From Thermoanaerobaculia bacterium (GTDB lineage: Bacteria; Acidobacteriota; Thermoanaerobaculia; UBA5066): a stretch of DNA of 64,000 nt. The stretch covers positions 3,488,001-3,552,000 of the forward strand of contig CAVRAY010000001.1 of the NCBI GenBank assembly GCA_963719225.1, given 5' to 3'. The notes under the pieces were generated by a model. The model was not told the DNA's origin and searched no databases. It saw only the letters and a program-made list of their open reading frames with translations. The translations under genes and the position numbers were made by a program. Positions 30,307 through 40,057 of the stretch are shown piece by piece. Position 1 is the first letter of the stretch, and each line of letters begins with the position of its first letter.

Positions 30307-30534
30307 TCAGCTTCCCCGTTCCGTGTCCTTCGGCGGCAGCGGCGTGATGAGCTCGTGCATCAGGAAGAACGCGATGACCATGAAGCCGATGAGGTACCAG
30401 AGCTGGAAGAAGAGCTGGCCCGAGCCGTTTCGATAGAAGCCGACGCCGAAGACCGGAAGGATCGAGTAGGCCACGAGCGCGAAAAGAAAGATCAGCACCG
30501 CCTTGTGGCCCTTGTGGGAGGTCTCGTCCGCCAT
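30307..30534 (-). CDS. Small two-TM membrane protein
   Basis: GGAGG SD; two hydrophobic segments; divergent from the cox operon. Confidence 0.7.
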   Translation of the reverse strand: MADETSHKGHKAVLIFLFALVAYSILPVFGVGFYRNGSGQLFFQLWYLIGFMVIAFFLMHELITPLPPKDTERGS

Positions 30535-30644
30535 CGTTACGCCTCCTCGTGGAATGAGACTCTTTCCGGATTCTAGAACGAGACGCAGGCCGACTTGAAC
30601 TGAGACTCTGTTCCCTTATAGTAACCGCCCAGCGAGGGGACGAA

Positions 30645-31397
30645 ATGCATCAGTGGCCTTTTGCCTGGATGACGACCGTCGACGTCTCGAAGGACGGCTG
30701 GCGGGCGGAAGCCCTCTTCTGGTACACGACGCTCCTGTGCGTCGTCGCGTTCGCGCTCGTCGCGTTCGCGCTCGTGTACTCGTCGTGGAAGTACCGGGCG
30801 CGGCCGGGGGTGAAGGCGCTGTATACCCATGGCACGGACCGGAAGAGCTTCGCCGTCACCGGCATCCTGGCCGCCCTCGTCTTCGTGACGATCGACATGA
30901 ACCTCGTGCGGGTCTCTCAGATCGACGTCAAGGAGTACACGTACAACTGGCCCACGTCGCCCGACACCGTGAGAATCGAGGTCATGCCCCAGCAGTGGGC
31001 GTGGAACATCCGCTACGCCGGACCGGACGGCGTCTTCAACACCCCGGACGACGTCGTGACCCTGAACGAGATGCACGTGCCGGTCGGGCGTCCCGTGATG
31101 CTGAACCTCAAGGCGAAGGACGTCATCCACAGCTTCTACATCCCGAACTTCCGCCTGAAGCACGACGCGAACCCCGGCTACGTGACGCGAACGTGGTTCC
31201 AGGCGCTGAAGCCGGGCAACTTCGAGATCGCGTGCTCGCAGATGTGCGGGTGGGCGCATTACAAGATGAAGGGCGACCTCTTCGTCGAGCCTCCGGCCGA
31301 CTTCGAGCGCTGGATGAAGGAAGCCGTGGGCGACGCGAAGCGCCGGTTCGATCCGGCCGACAAGGAACAGCTGTGGGGCTGGGAGTGGGTACAGTGA
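30645..31397 (+). CDS. coxB: Cytochrome c oxidase subunit II
   Basis: QWAW, DVIHSF, CuA motif CSQMCGWAHYKM. Confidence 0.95.
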   Translation: MHQWPFAWMTTVDVSKDGWRAEALFWYTTLLCVVAFALVAFALVYSSWKYRARPGVKALYTHGTDRKSFAVTGILAALVFVTIDMNLVRVSQIDVKEYTYNWPTSPDTVRIEVMPQQWAWNIRYAGPDGVFNTPDDVVTLNEMHVPVGRPVMLNLKAKDVIHSFYIPNFRLKHDANPGYVTRTWFQALKPGNFEIACSQMCGWAHYKMKGDLFVEPPADFERWMKEAVGDAKRRFDPADKEQLWGWEWVQ

Positions 31398-33181
31398 GCG
31401 CCGTCCGGCACCTTCACGTCGGCCCCGAATTCCACGCGGAACAGCACATCCACCCGGAACCGACGTCGTTCGTCCGGAAGTACGTCTTTTCGACGGACCA
31501 CAAGGTCATCGCGAAGCAGTTCCTGTGGTACGGCCTCTTCTTCCTCGTCGTGGGCGGGGTCATGGCGATGATGATCCGCTGGCAGATCGCGTATCCCGGC
31601 ACGCCCTTTCCCGTCCTCGGGCAGCTCCTGTGGCCCCAGAGCGGCGGCGTCATGCCCCCGCAGGCCTATGCGTCGTTCTTCACGATGCACGGGACGCTCA
31701 TGATCTTCTTCGCGATCACGCCGATCCTCATCGGCGCGTTCGGAAACCTCCTGATCCCCCTGATGATCGGCGCGCGCGACATGGCGTTCCCCACGCTGAA
31801 CCTCATGTCGTTCTGGACGAACGTCCTCGCGGGCTCCTTCATGATCATCTCGTTCTTCGTCCCGATGGGTGCCGCGGCGGGAGGCTGGCAGTCGTATCCG
31901 ACGCTCTCGACGCTCGTGGGCTCTCCCGGTCACGGCCAGACGCTCTGGATCCTCGGCATCTTCTTCACGGGAAGCGCCTCGATCATGGGGGCCGTCAACT
32001 ACATCACGACGGTCGTGCGCCTGAGAGCCCCCGGCATGGGCTACTTCCAGATGCCGCTCTCCGTGTGGGGCATCTGGCTCACGGCGATCCTGAACGCCCT
32101 CTTCGTGCCGGTCCTCGCCGCGGGAGTCCTGCTCCTCTTCCTCGACCGCGTCTTCGGAAGCCACTTCTTCCTCGCCGGCGCGGCCATCACGAAGGGCGGC
32201 GGCGACCCGGTGCTCTACCAGCACCTCTTCTGGATCTTCGGCCACCCCGAGGTCTACATCCTCATCCTGCCCGCGTGGGGCATCGTTTCCGATCTCCTGT
32301 CGTTCTTCTCGCGCAAGCCCGCGTTCGGCTACAAGGCCACGGCGCTCTCGATGAGCGTCATCACGCTCCTCTCGATGGCCGTCTACGGGCACCACATGTT
32401 CGTCGTCGGCATGAGCCCGCTCCTCTCGCAGGGGTTCATGACGCTCACGATGCTCATCTCGATCCCGTCGGCGGTGTTCTTCCTGAACTGGCTCGGGACG
32501 ATGTGGCGCGGCTCGATCCGCTTCGCGACGCCGATGCTCTTCGCGCTCGGCGTCGTCTTCGTGTTCGGCCTCGGCGGCCTCACGGGCCTCCACCTCGGGG
32601 CGATCTCGTCGGACGTCTACCTGCACGACTCGTACTTCGTGATCGGGCACTTCCATCTCACGATGGCGGCTTCCGTCCTGCTCGGCGCGTTCGCGGCGAT
32701 CTACTTCTGGTTCCCGAAGATGTTCGGGAAGATGATGAACGACACGCTCGGCAAGTGGCACTTCTGGCTCACGATCATCCCGATCAACGTCATCTTCTGC
32801 GGGATGCTCATCGTGGGTTACGGTGGCATGCAGCGCCGCCTCTACAACTACGAGGCGTACGAGTTCCTCAAGCACCTCCACCCGGTGAACGTGTGGATGA
32901 CGCGGGCGGCGCTCCTCCTCGGCGTCTCCCAGTTCCTCTTCGTCGGGAACTTCCTCTCGGCCCTGATCTCCGGAAAGAAGGCGTCGGAGAACCCGTGGGA
33001 GGTCGGCACTCTCGAGTGGACGATTCCCTCGCCGCCCCCGCACCACAACTACGACGAGATCCCGATCGTTCTCCACGGCCCGCACGAGTTCAACAACCCG
33101 GCGGTGGCCGGCAAGGACTGGCTCGCGCAGGACGAGCCGATCGGCGACGAGCCCGTCGTCCTGGGTGCCGTCGGCAGCTGA
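31394..33181 (+). CDS. coxA: Cytochrome c oxidase subunit I (A1-type)
   Basis: STDHK, TMHG, FWIFGHPEVY, GHHMF, HDSYFVIGHFH, GMQRR; GTGA overlap. Confidence 0.96.
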   Translation: MSAVRHLHVGPEFHAEQHIHPEPTSFVRKYVFSTDHKVIAKQFLWYGLFFLVVGGVMAMMIRWQIAYPGTPFPVLGQLLWPQSGGVMPPQAYASFFTMHGTLMIFFAITPILIGAFGNLLIPLMIGARDMAFPTLNLMSFWTNVLAGSFMIISFFVPMGAAAGGWQSYPTLSTLVGSPGHGQTLWILGIFFTGSASIMGAVNYITTVVRLRAPGMGYFQMPLSVWGIWLTAILNALFVPVLAAGVLLLFLDRVFGSHFFLAGAAITKGGGDPVLYQHLFWIFGHPEVYILILPAWGIVSDLLSFFSRKPAFGYKATALSMSVITLLSMAVYGHHMFVVGMSPLLSQGFMTLTMLISIPSAVFFLNWLGTMWRGSIRFATPMLFALGVVFVFGLGGLTGLHLGAISSDVYLHDSYFVIGHFHLTMAASVLLGAFAAIYFWFPKMFGKMMNDTLGKWHFWLTIIPINVIFCGMLIVGYGGMQRRLYNYEAYEFLKHLHPVNVWMTRAALLLGVSQFLFVGNFLSALISGKKASENPWEVGTLEWTIPSPPPHHNYDEIPIVLHGPHEFNNPAVAGKDWLAQDEPIGDEPVVLGAVGS

Positions 33182-33774
33182 TGGCGACCGCCGTGGCCGT
33201 CACCCGCTTTCCGGTGCCCGAAGAGTCCCGGCGAACTTCGTTCGTCGGCATGGTGATGGCGCTCGCCTCGTGGACGATGCTCTTCGTCGCGCTCTTCTTC
33301 GCGTACGCGGTCCTGCGCTTGAGGGCGCCGGCCTGGCCGCCGGACGGCCTCCAGCCGCTCCCGAAGCTGCTGCCCACCCTGAACACTCTGGTGCTCCTGG
33401 CCTCGAGCTTCGTCCTCCACCGCGGGGTCCGCCCGGAAGCGGAAGACGAGCCCGGGACGCTGCGTCGCGCGCTCCTCGGAACGATCGCGCTCGGAAGCCT
33501 GTTCCTCGCGCTCCAGCTCGCCGTGTGGGTCCCTCTCTGGCGCTCCGGATTCCGGATCGACACCGGGACGTACGGGTCGATCTTCTATTCCCTCACGGTC
33601 TTCCACGCGGTCCACGTCCTGGCGGGCCTCGCGGCGCTGGCGATGCTCCTGCCCGGCGCGTTCGCGGGACGCCTCGTCTCCGGGCGGTCGAGCACGGTCC
33701 GCCTCTCGGCCATGTTCTGGCACTTCGTCGATGCCGTGTGGGTCGTCCTCTTCGTCGCGGTTTATCTCGTCTAG
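33181..33774 (+). CDS. Cytochrome c oxidase subunit III family, copy 1
   Basis: NTLVLLASS, FYSLTVFHAVHV, FWHFVDAVW. Confidence 0.9.
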   Translation: MATAVAVTRFPVPEESRRTSFVGMVMALASWTMLFVALFFAYAVLRLRAPAWPPDGLQPLPKLLPTLNTLVLLASSFVLHRGVRPEAEDEPGTLRRALLGTIALGSLFLALQLAVWVPLWRSGFRIDTGTYGSIFYSLTVFHAVHVLAGLAALAMLLPGAFAGRLVSGRSSTVRLSAMFWHFVDAVWVVLFVAVYLV

Positions 33775-33810
33775 AAGAAAGAAAGAGAAGAGAAGATTTC
33801 TATGAAGGTT
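33773..33810 (+). repeat. Purine-run element (AAGAG)n-ATTTC, copy A
   Basis: 24-nt pure A/G run followed by TTTCTATGAAGGT; similar to copies at 34.77 kb and 52.82 kb. Confidence 0.6.
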
Positions 33811-34764
33811 GGACGAATGAGGATCGACGGAGCCGCGGCGTCGAGGACGGTCGCGGCGTCGATTGCGGCGCTGCTGGTGGCCTCATTGGCCGGGAGCGTC
33901 ACCGCGTGCTCGGGACCGGGGAGGACCTTCAAGAAGTCGATGACCCTCGGCGGAAAGAAGGTCTCCGCGCGCCGCCTGAACGACGGCGAGCACCTTTTCA
34001 TGACGTACTGCTCCGCGTGCCACGGCGTGAACGGCGACGGAAAAGGGCCCGCGTCGATCGGCCTTCGCCCGCCCCCGCGCAACTTCCAGCAGGGACAGTT
34101 CAAGTTCGGCGCGGTGGCGAGCGGCCAGCTCCCGAACGACGAAGACTTCATGCGCATCATCCAGAAGGGGCTTCACGGCAGCGCGATGCTCCCGTGGAAC
34201 GACGTCCCCGAGCGCGAGCTCATGGACATCATCCAGTACATCAAGACGCTCTCGCCGAAGTGGGCCGACAAGACGCCCGGCGAGCCCATCGTTCCCGGCC
34301 CGGATCCCTGGGGGCCCGAACGCCGCGCCGAGGCCGTCACGCGGGGGATGAAGGTCTATCACGGGATGGCGCAGTGCCTCTCGTGCCATCCCGCGTACGA
34401 GACGAAAGAGACGATCAATGCCGCCAGCATGGAGCTCTCCAAGCGCGAGGCGACGCTCCGCCCGGACGCATATCACGCCGAGCTGAAGGACAGCGACTAC
34501 GGCTACAAGCTCATGCCGCCGGACTTCACGCGCGACCACATCCGTTCCGGCGAGACGCTCGAGGACATCTACCGCACGATCGCCTCCGGCATCGGCGGCA
34601 CGGCCATGCCCACGTGGAAGGGCGCGCTGCCGGACGACGATCTCTGGGCGATGGCGTACTACGTGAGATCCCTGATCGACATCAAGGGCACGCCCGAGGC
34701 CGACGCGCGGCGGGAAAAGCTCATTGCTGCGGTCGCGTCTCACGAAGACACGAGAACGAATTAG
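33802..34764 (+). CDS. Diheme c-type cytochrome, probably lipoprotein
   Basis: CSACH and CLSCH; PPPRNF; GTAMPTW; lipobox-like VTAC. Confidence 0.9.
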   Translation: MKVGRMRIDGAAASRTVAASIAALLVASLAGSVTACSGPGRTFKKSMTLGGKKVSARRLNDGEHLFMTYCSACHGVNGDGKGPASIGLRPPPRNFQQGQFKFGAVASGQLPNDEDFMRIIQKGLHGSAMLPWNDVPERELMDIIQYIKTLSPKWADKTPGEPIVPGPDPWGPERRAEAVTRGMKVYHGMAQCLSCHPAYETKETINAASMELSKREATLRPDAYHAELKDSDYGYKLMPPDFTRDHIRSGETLEDIYRTIASGIGGTAMPTWKGALPDDDLWAMAYYVRSLIDIKGTPEADARREKLIAAVASHEDTRTN

Positions 34765-34806
34765 GAAGAAGATGAAATCTTTCTCTTCCTCTTCATCTTC
34801 TCTTCC
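34764..34806 (-). repeat. Purine-run element, copy B (inverted)
   Basis: Reverse complement reads GGAAGAGAAGATGAAGAGGAAGAGAAAGATTTC. Confidence 0.55.
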
Positions 34807-35398
34807 GCAGCGCGTTGCGGCGCGTGTCACGGGGAGCAAGGTGTTCTGGGTCTTGTTCGTGGCGGCCGCGTTCGCGCTGCCGCTCGTGCGCTCGGTCCGC
34901 CGCGCGCTGCCGCCCGCGCCGCCCGTGCTGGGCTCGTTCCCGGCCTTCGCGCTCGTCGATCAGGCCGGCAATCCCGTCCGCCAGACCGACCTCGAGGGGC
35001 ACCTCATCGTCGCCGAATTCACGACGGCCCGAGCGCTCGCGGACGGCGGTTCGCCGCTCGCGAAGCTCCAGCGGCGCGTGCGCAACACGGGCGAAGTCGT
35101 TCACCTCGTCAGCTTCGTCGACACGGCGCGGTCTTCCCCGGACGACCCGACGCTCGCCGCCCTCGCGAAAGGCGCGGGTGCGGGCGCGTGGCGCTGGACC
35201 CTCGCGGGAGGCGACGTCAGGCCCCTCGAGACGGCCACGCTGAAGGCGCTTCGCGCTCCGGAGGGCGGCACGCTCGCGGGCCGCCTTCTCCTCCTGGACG
35301 CGCGCGGCCGCATGCGGCGCCTCGGCGCGCCCTCTCCCGACGAGATCGACCTCATGATGCGCGACACCGGACTCCTCGTGAACATGGAAGGACTGTGA
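34772..35398 (+). CDS. SCO-like thioredoxin-fold membrane protein lacking CxxxC
   Basis: TM anchor, PAFALVDQAG..DLEG..VAEF, LVSF, WTLAGG, LLLLDARGRMR; no Cys. Confidence 0.7.
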   Translation: MKSFSSSSSSLPQRVAARVTGSKVFWVLFVAAAFALPLVRSVRRALPPAPPVLGSFPAFALVDQAGNPVRQTDLEGHLIVAEFTTARALADGGSPLAKLQRRVRNTGEVVHLVSFVDTARSSPDDPTLAALAKGAGAGAWRWTLAGGDVRPLETATLKALRAPEGGTLAGRLLLLDARGRMRRLGAPSPDEIDLMMRDTGLLVNMEGL

Positions 35399-36013
35399 AT
35401 GAGCTCTCGCCCTGAGGCCTCGTACGCTCCCGCCCCGGCTCCGCTGACGACTCCCACGTTCGGCCCGGCGACGACGGGCAAGGTCGGGATGTGGATTTTC
35501 CTCGTCACGGACGCGATGACGTTCGGCGGGCTCCTGCTCGCCTACGGGATCATCCGCGCCGGCAATCCGCAGTGGCCCACCCCCACGAGCGTCCTCGGGA
35601 TCCCCTTCACGGCGGTCATGACGTTCGTCCTCATCGTGAGCAGCCTCACGATGGTGCTCGCGCTCGACGCGGCCCAGCACAAGAACGTGAAGGGAGCGGT
35701 CCGCTGGCTGCTCGCGACCGCGTCCGGCGGTGTCTTCTTCCTGTGCGGGCAGATCTACGAGTACCGGCACCTCATCCACGAGGGCTTCACGCTTCCGTCG
35801 GGCAACTTCCCGGCGACCTTCTACGTCATCACGAGCTTCCACGGCGGGCACGTCTTCACGGGCGTGTGCTATCTCCTGATCACGGCGTTCGGCGTCTCGC
35901 GCGGGAAGCATCTCGAGAACGGCGCGAACTTCGTCGAGATCACGGGCCTCTTCTGGCACTTCGTCGATCTCATCTGGATCCTCGTCTTCACCCTCGTCTA
36001 CCTCATTCCCTGA
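35399..36013 (+). CDS. Cytochrome c oxidase subunit III family, copy 2
   Basis: GKVGMWIFLVTDAMTF, FHGGHV, FWHFVDLIW. Confidence 0.92.
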   Translation: MSSRPEASYAPAPAPLTTPTFGPATTGKVGMWIFLVTDAMTFGGLLLAYGIIRAGNPQWPTPTSVLGIPFTAVMTFVLIVSSLTMVLALDAAQHKNVKGAVRWLLATASGGVFFLCGQIYEYRHLIHEGFTLPSGNFPATFYVITSFHGGHVFTGVCYLLITAFGVSRGKHLENGANFVEITGLFWHFVDLIWILVFTLVYLIP

Positions 36014-36024
36014 GAAGGCACGAA

Positions 36025-36381
36025 ATGAGCGAGCACGCATCCTCGGTTCCACACGCGGCGGACGCGGGCGTCCAGAAAGCCAAGGACCACCGGCGCGACT
36101 ATTTCCGCATCTTCTGGGTGCTCCTCGTCCTCACGATCGTCGAGGTCGCGGTCTCCTACATGAAGATCGACAAACGGGTCATGTCGGCCGTCATGATCGC
36201 GCTCGCGCTCTCGAAGGCCTCTTTCGTGGGCCTCTACTTCATGCACCTGAAGTACGAAAAGCGCTCGCTCTTGTGGCTCGCGTTTCTGCCCCTTCCGCTC
36301 GCGGGCTCCTATGCCGTGTTCCTCCTGCTCGATGCGTTCAATCTCCTACGCGGCGTGCCGGTGCCGTGGGTCCACCACTGA
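36025..36381 (+). CDS. Cytochrome c oxidase subunit IV (prokaryotic)
   Basis: LLVLTIVEV..KASFVGLYFMHLKYE. Confidence 0.9.
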   Translation: MSEHASSVPHAADAGVQKAKDHRRDYFRIFWVLLVLTIVEVAVSYMKIDKRVMSAVMIALALSKASFVGLYFMHLKYEKRSLLWLAFLPLPLAGSYAVFLLLDAFNLLRGVPVPWVHH

Positions 36382-36388
36382 GTCGCTC

Positions 36389-36667
36389 ATGAGGACGACC
36401 GTCCGCGCCGCTCTCCTCGCCGTCGCCGTGCTCCTCGCGCGCGGGGCGGCGGCGTGCCCCTCGTGCGCGGCCTCGGCATCGCCGAAGGATCCGAACATCT
36501 GGCCTCTCGTCGGCCTCTTCATGCTGGTGCCGTGGATCCTCGCGGCCGTCGTGACGATCCTCATCCGACGGGAGTCGACGTCGTTCTTCGGCAGTCGGAA
36601 GAACGCACGCGCCCCTCTCGCCGGCGTCCTCGGCTTCTCCCGCCCGCGCAAGCCCCGGCCTGCCTAG
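36389..36667 (+). CDS. Small membrane protein with exported CPSC motif
   Basis: Signal peptide ending AAA-CPSC, then a TM helix; last gene of the cox operon. Confidence 0.65.
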   Translation: MRTTVRAALLAVAVLLARGAAACPSCAASASPKDPNIWPLVGLFMLVPWILAAVVTILIRRESTSFFGSRKNARAPLAGVLGFSRPRKPRPA

Positions 36668-36688
36668 TACTCCGTACTCGGACGACCC

Positions 36689-37567
36689 TCAGACGCCGGC
36701 TCCCCGGGGCCGGGCGACCCGGGCGAGAAAAAGCTCGCGGAACGCACCCGCGTCCACGTGCGTCGCCAGGGAAACGTCCGCACCGCCTCCGAGCGGGTCT
36801 ACGCACGTTCGACCGCGCGCGTCGAAGGCGATCCGGACCTTTTCCAAAGTGAAGAGCCCGGGCGACGTGACCGCGGCCGCCGCGATCACGTCCCACGGGT
36901 GAAATCCGCCCTTCGCTTCCCCGGACGCGCGGCCGCGCATCCTCCGGAGGAAGCTCGTGAAGCGAGCGAAGGTACGGAGCCGGCCGCGCCGGCGCGCGAC
37001 GGCGCTCGCCGGATCCGCGCAGACCGCGTCCGTGTCGCCGGGAGAGATCGATACCGAAAAACCGACGTCGAGCGGTACGAACGTCTTCGGGCAAGAGAGC
37101 GCGAGCACGAGGGCCGCCGCAGCCGGGTCCCTGCGCACGTTGAAGTCCGAAGACGCGTTTCGTGACCGCCCCCCCATGACGACGAGCCCGGCGAGGCGCG
37201 TGGTGAATTCCGGGTCTTCCGCGGCGGCCGCGACGTTCGTGAGCGGCCCGAGCGCGAGGAGGACGGCACCGGGATGCGCACGGACCCACGACGCAAGGGC
37301 GTCTCCCGCGCGGCGGGCTCCCGCGGCGTCACGGCGCGAGTCCGCTCCGCGCACGAGAGGGAGATCGGCGCGTCCGGCGCCGGCGAGCGTCCTTTTCGCC
37401 GAGAGATGCGTGAGCGCCCCGAACGAGTTTCCGAACACGGTCGTCACGCCGAGGAGCTCCGCTTCCGGCGAGCCGAGCAGGAACAGGAGGGCGAGGTCGT
37501 CGTCCACGTCGAGGCCGAACGTCGCGAGGCTCGGGTCTGCGTCCACGAGGAGCGGGACCTTCGGCAC
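36689..37567 (-). CDS. Nucleoside hydrolase (IUNH family)
   Basis: VDAD..DVDDDLA, GVTTVFGN, LGPLTNVA, MGG, DFNVRRDP, HPWD; GTG 37567 preferred over ATG 37600. Confidence 0.88.
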   Translation of the reverse strand: MPKVPLLVDADPSLATFGLDVDDDLALLFLLGSPEAELLGVTTVFGNSFGALTHLSAKRTLAGAGRADLPLVRGADSRRDAAGARRAGDALASWVRAHPGAVLLALGPLTNVAAAAEDPEFTTRLAGLVVMGGRSRNASSDFNVRRDPAAAALVLALSCPKTFVPLDVGFSVSISPGDTDAVCADPASAVARRRGRLRTFARFTSFLRRMRGRASGEAKGGFHPWDVIAAAAVTSPGLFTLEKVRIAFDARGRTCVDPLGGGADVSLATHVDAGAFRELFLARVARPRGAGV

Positions 37568-37605
37568 GGGAAGACGATGCCACGTTCGAGGCGTTACCAT
37601 GCGGC

Positions 37606-39324
37606 GTGCAGCCCGTCGACGAACGCGGCCGGGCGGTCGAGAGGCTCCTCGCCGGACGCTACGAATTCCTCGGCTTTCTGGGACGAGGCGGGTTCGCGTC
37701 CGTGTACCAGGTCCGGAGCGCGAGCCTGCAGCGGTTCGAGGCGCTGAAGGTGCTCCTCGAGATGCACGTCGCGGACTCCGAGTTCGCGAAACGCTTCCAA
37801 CAGGAAGCCCGCGTCGCCGCCTCGCTCGAGCATCCGAGCATCGTGAAGATTTACGACTCCGGCCACGTCGAGGCGACGCTCTGGTACTCGATGCAGTTCG
37901 TCGAGGGGCCGACGCTCACCGGCGAGCTCGCGCGGCGCGGCTCCTTCGACGAGGAGACCGCCGCCCGGATCGTCATTCCGCTTCTCGACGCTCTCGACTA
38001 CAGCCACGCGCGGGGGATCATCCACCGCGACATCAAGCCCGACAACGTTCTCCTCGACATGCGCGGCCGGCCCTTCCTGATGGATTTCGGAATCGCGAAG
38101 ACGGGCGACAACCTCGTGAAGACGCAGACGGGCTTCATCCTCGGCTCGCCGGCCTACCTATCGCCCGAGCAGCTCCGGGGCCAGCCGCTCGACGGGCGCA
38201 CGGACGTCTACTCGCTCGGCGTCACCCTTTACCAGATGCTCGCGGGAGTCATCCCCTATCGCACGGAGAACATGTCGGCTCTCGCGCGGCGGCTCACCGA
38301 GGACGCGCCTCCACTCTCCGGCCGGCGCGAAGGCATCCATCCGGAGCTGGAACGCATCGTCCACCGCTCTCTGACACGCGATCGCGAAGCGCGGTACGCA
38401 TCGGCTGCCGAGATGCGGGAGGACCTCGAGTCCTTTCTCGCGGACGTCCATCCGAAGACGACGCGCTCGCGCCCCCCCTCCACCGAGCGTCCCGCGATCG
38501 CCTCCCCGACGGCCCCGACCGTGGCGCCCGTTCCGGCGCCGCCTCTCGCGCGGCCCGCTCCGGAGGAGCCGCCCTGGCCTTCGGTCGAGCGGGTTCCCAC
38601 CCCGGGGACTCTCGCCCCGGGGACTCTCGCCCCGGCGGCCCGCGCTCCGTCGATTCAGGTTCCGTCGGCTCGGGCTCCTTCGGTTCAGGTTCCGTCCGTT
38701 CGGGGCCCGTCCGTTCAGACTCCGGTCACGCCGGCTGCTGCGCGGCGACCCGTGTGGCTCTGGCCGGCGGCCGCCGCCGTGCTCCTCGCGCTGGCGGCCG
38801 TCACGTACTTCCTGACGCGCGAGCGAGACCTCATGATCGTTCCCGAAGCGCGTCCGGCGGTCACACCGGCGGTTCCGCCGCCCGTTCCGACCGCGGCTCC
38901 CGCTCGCGTCGAGGTCCCGACGCCTCCGGCGCTCCTGACCGTTCCGACTCCGTTGCCCGCGGCGACCGCCGCGCCGACGAGAGCTCACGTGGCCCGCGAG
39001 GCCCCCACGCGCGCGCCCGCGCTCGTCCACACGGTCGCGCCGACCCCCATTCCCCGTCGCGCGGTCAAGAAGCCGGACGTGGAGGAAGAGGTCAAGATCG
39101 CGCTGTCCCCCGCCCAGGAGCGGGAGTGCGGCGGCCAGGTCGTCGGGGTCTCGGTCGTCATCGGCGAGGACGGCAGCCTGAAGAGCCGCCACGTCATCTC
39201 GCCCGTCTCCCCCGCGTGCGACGCGCTCGCGCTCGACGCCCTCACGAAGTACCGGTTCCGGCCGGCGCGGGACCAACGGGGCCAGCCCATCGAAGGCCGT
39301 TTCGGCCTCGCGATCCATTTTTGA
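37606..39324 (+). CDS. Ser/Thr protein kinase with Pro-rich linker, TM helix and C-terminal TonB_C-like domain
   Basis: LGRGGFASVY, HRDIKPDN, DFGIAK, GSPAYLSPE; C-terminal VVIGEDG..ALDALTKYRFRPARDQRGQPI. Confidence 0.9.
   Translation: MQPVDERGRAVERLLAGRYEFLGFLGRGGFASVYQVRSASLQRFEALKVLLEMHVADSEFAKRFQQEARVAASLEHPSIVKIYDSGHVEATLWYSMQFVEGPTLTGELARRGSFDEETAARIVIPLLDALDYSHARGIIHRDIKPDNVLLDMRGRPFLMDFGIAKTGDNLVKTQTGFILGSPAYLSPEQLRGQPLDGRTDVYSLGVTLYQMLAGVIPYRTENMSALARRLTEDAPPLSGRREGIHPELERIVHRSLTRDREARYASAAEMREDLESFLADVHPKTTRSRPPSTERPAIASPTAPTVAPVPAPPLARPAPEEPPWPSVERVPTPGTLAPGTLAPAARAPSIQVPSARAPSVQVPSVRGPSVQTPVTPAAARRPVWLWPAAAAVLLALAAVTYFLTRERDLMIVPEARPAVTPAVPPPVPTAAPARVEVPTPPALLTVPTPLPAATAAPTRAHVAREAPTRAPALVHTVAPTPIPRRAVKKPDVEEEVKIALSPAQERECGGQVVGVSVVIGEDGSLKSRHVISPVSPACDALALDALTKYRFRPARDQRGQPIEGRFGLAIHF
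38600..38720 (+). repeat. In-frame tandem repeats in kinase linker
   Basis: CCCCGGGGACTCTCG x2 (PGTLA), then R(A/G)PS(I/V)Q(VPS) repeats x3. Confidence 0.75.
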
Positions 39325-39379
39325 CGGCGCCCCTTTTCTTTGGATAGATTCCGCCCTCGTCGGACGAGGGAGGTTGCCC

Positions 39380-40057
39380 ATGAAGAAGCCCATCCGCCTA
39401 GGTATCACGATCGCCTTCGCCGCGGTGCTGGCGGGATGCACGCGCGGCGTCGAGATGAAGATGGCGGTCGACGTCCTTTCCGAGCCCGAGAAGGCGACGG
39501 TCACTTACAAGGGGAAGGTCATCGGGGAGACCCCGAAATCCCTCAACGTGAAAACGTTCGAGGAGATCTCGTCCATCTCCGCGGCGAGCGGCGACCTCGA
39601 GGTCGTCGAGAAGCGCATCCGCATCGTCTCGCCCGATCAGGCCCAGGTCATCTTCCGCATGGGCAAGGGAGGCATCTCGCCCGTCGCGAAAAAGCTCGGG
39701 CTGACGAAGGTCCTGGTCTTCGAATACGCCGAGAAGGTCTGCTTCGATTCGGGCAAGTCCGACCTCAAGCCCGACGCCCTGCCCGTGCTCCAGAAGCAGG
39801 CCGAGATCCTGAATCAGTACTTTCCCAAGGCGGCCGTCTACGTCTGCGGCTACACGGACTCGACCGGCAGCGATGCTCTCAACGACAAGCTCTCGCTCCA
39901 ACGCGCCGAGGCCGTGCGCAGCTTCCTCGTGAACCACAACGTCGAAGCCGGGCGCATCAAGACTCAGGGCTTCGGCAAGCAGTTCGAGGTCGCGTCGAAC
40001 GCGACGGCCGAGGGGCGCTCGCTGAACCGCCGGACGGAGGTCATCCTTCCGGAATGA
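39380..40057 (+). CDS. OmpA-family lipoprotein, copy 1
   Basis: LAGC lipobox; [33 protein letters not shown]. Confidence 0.92.
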   Translation: MKKPIRLGITIAFAAVLAGCTRGVEMKMAVDVLSEPEKATVTYKGKVIGETPKSLNVKTFEEISSISAASGDLEVVEKRIRIVSPDQAQVIFRMGKGGISPVAKKLGLTKVLVFEYAEKVCFDSGKSDLKPDALPVLQKQAEILNQYFPKAAVYVCGYTDSTGSDALNDKLSLQRAEAVRSFLVNHNVEAGRIKTQGFGKQFEVASNATAEGRSLNRRTEVILPE

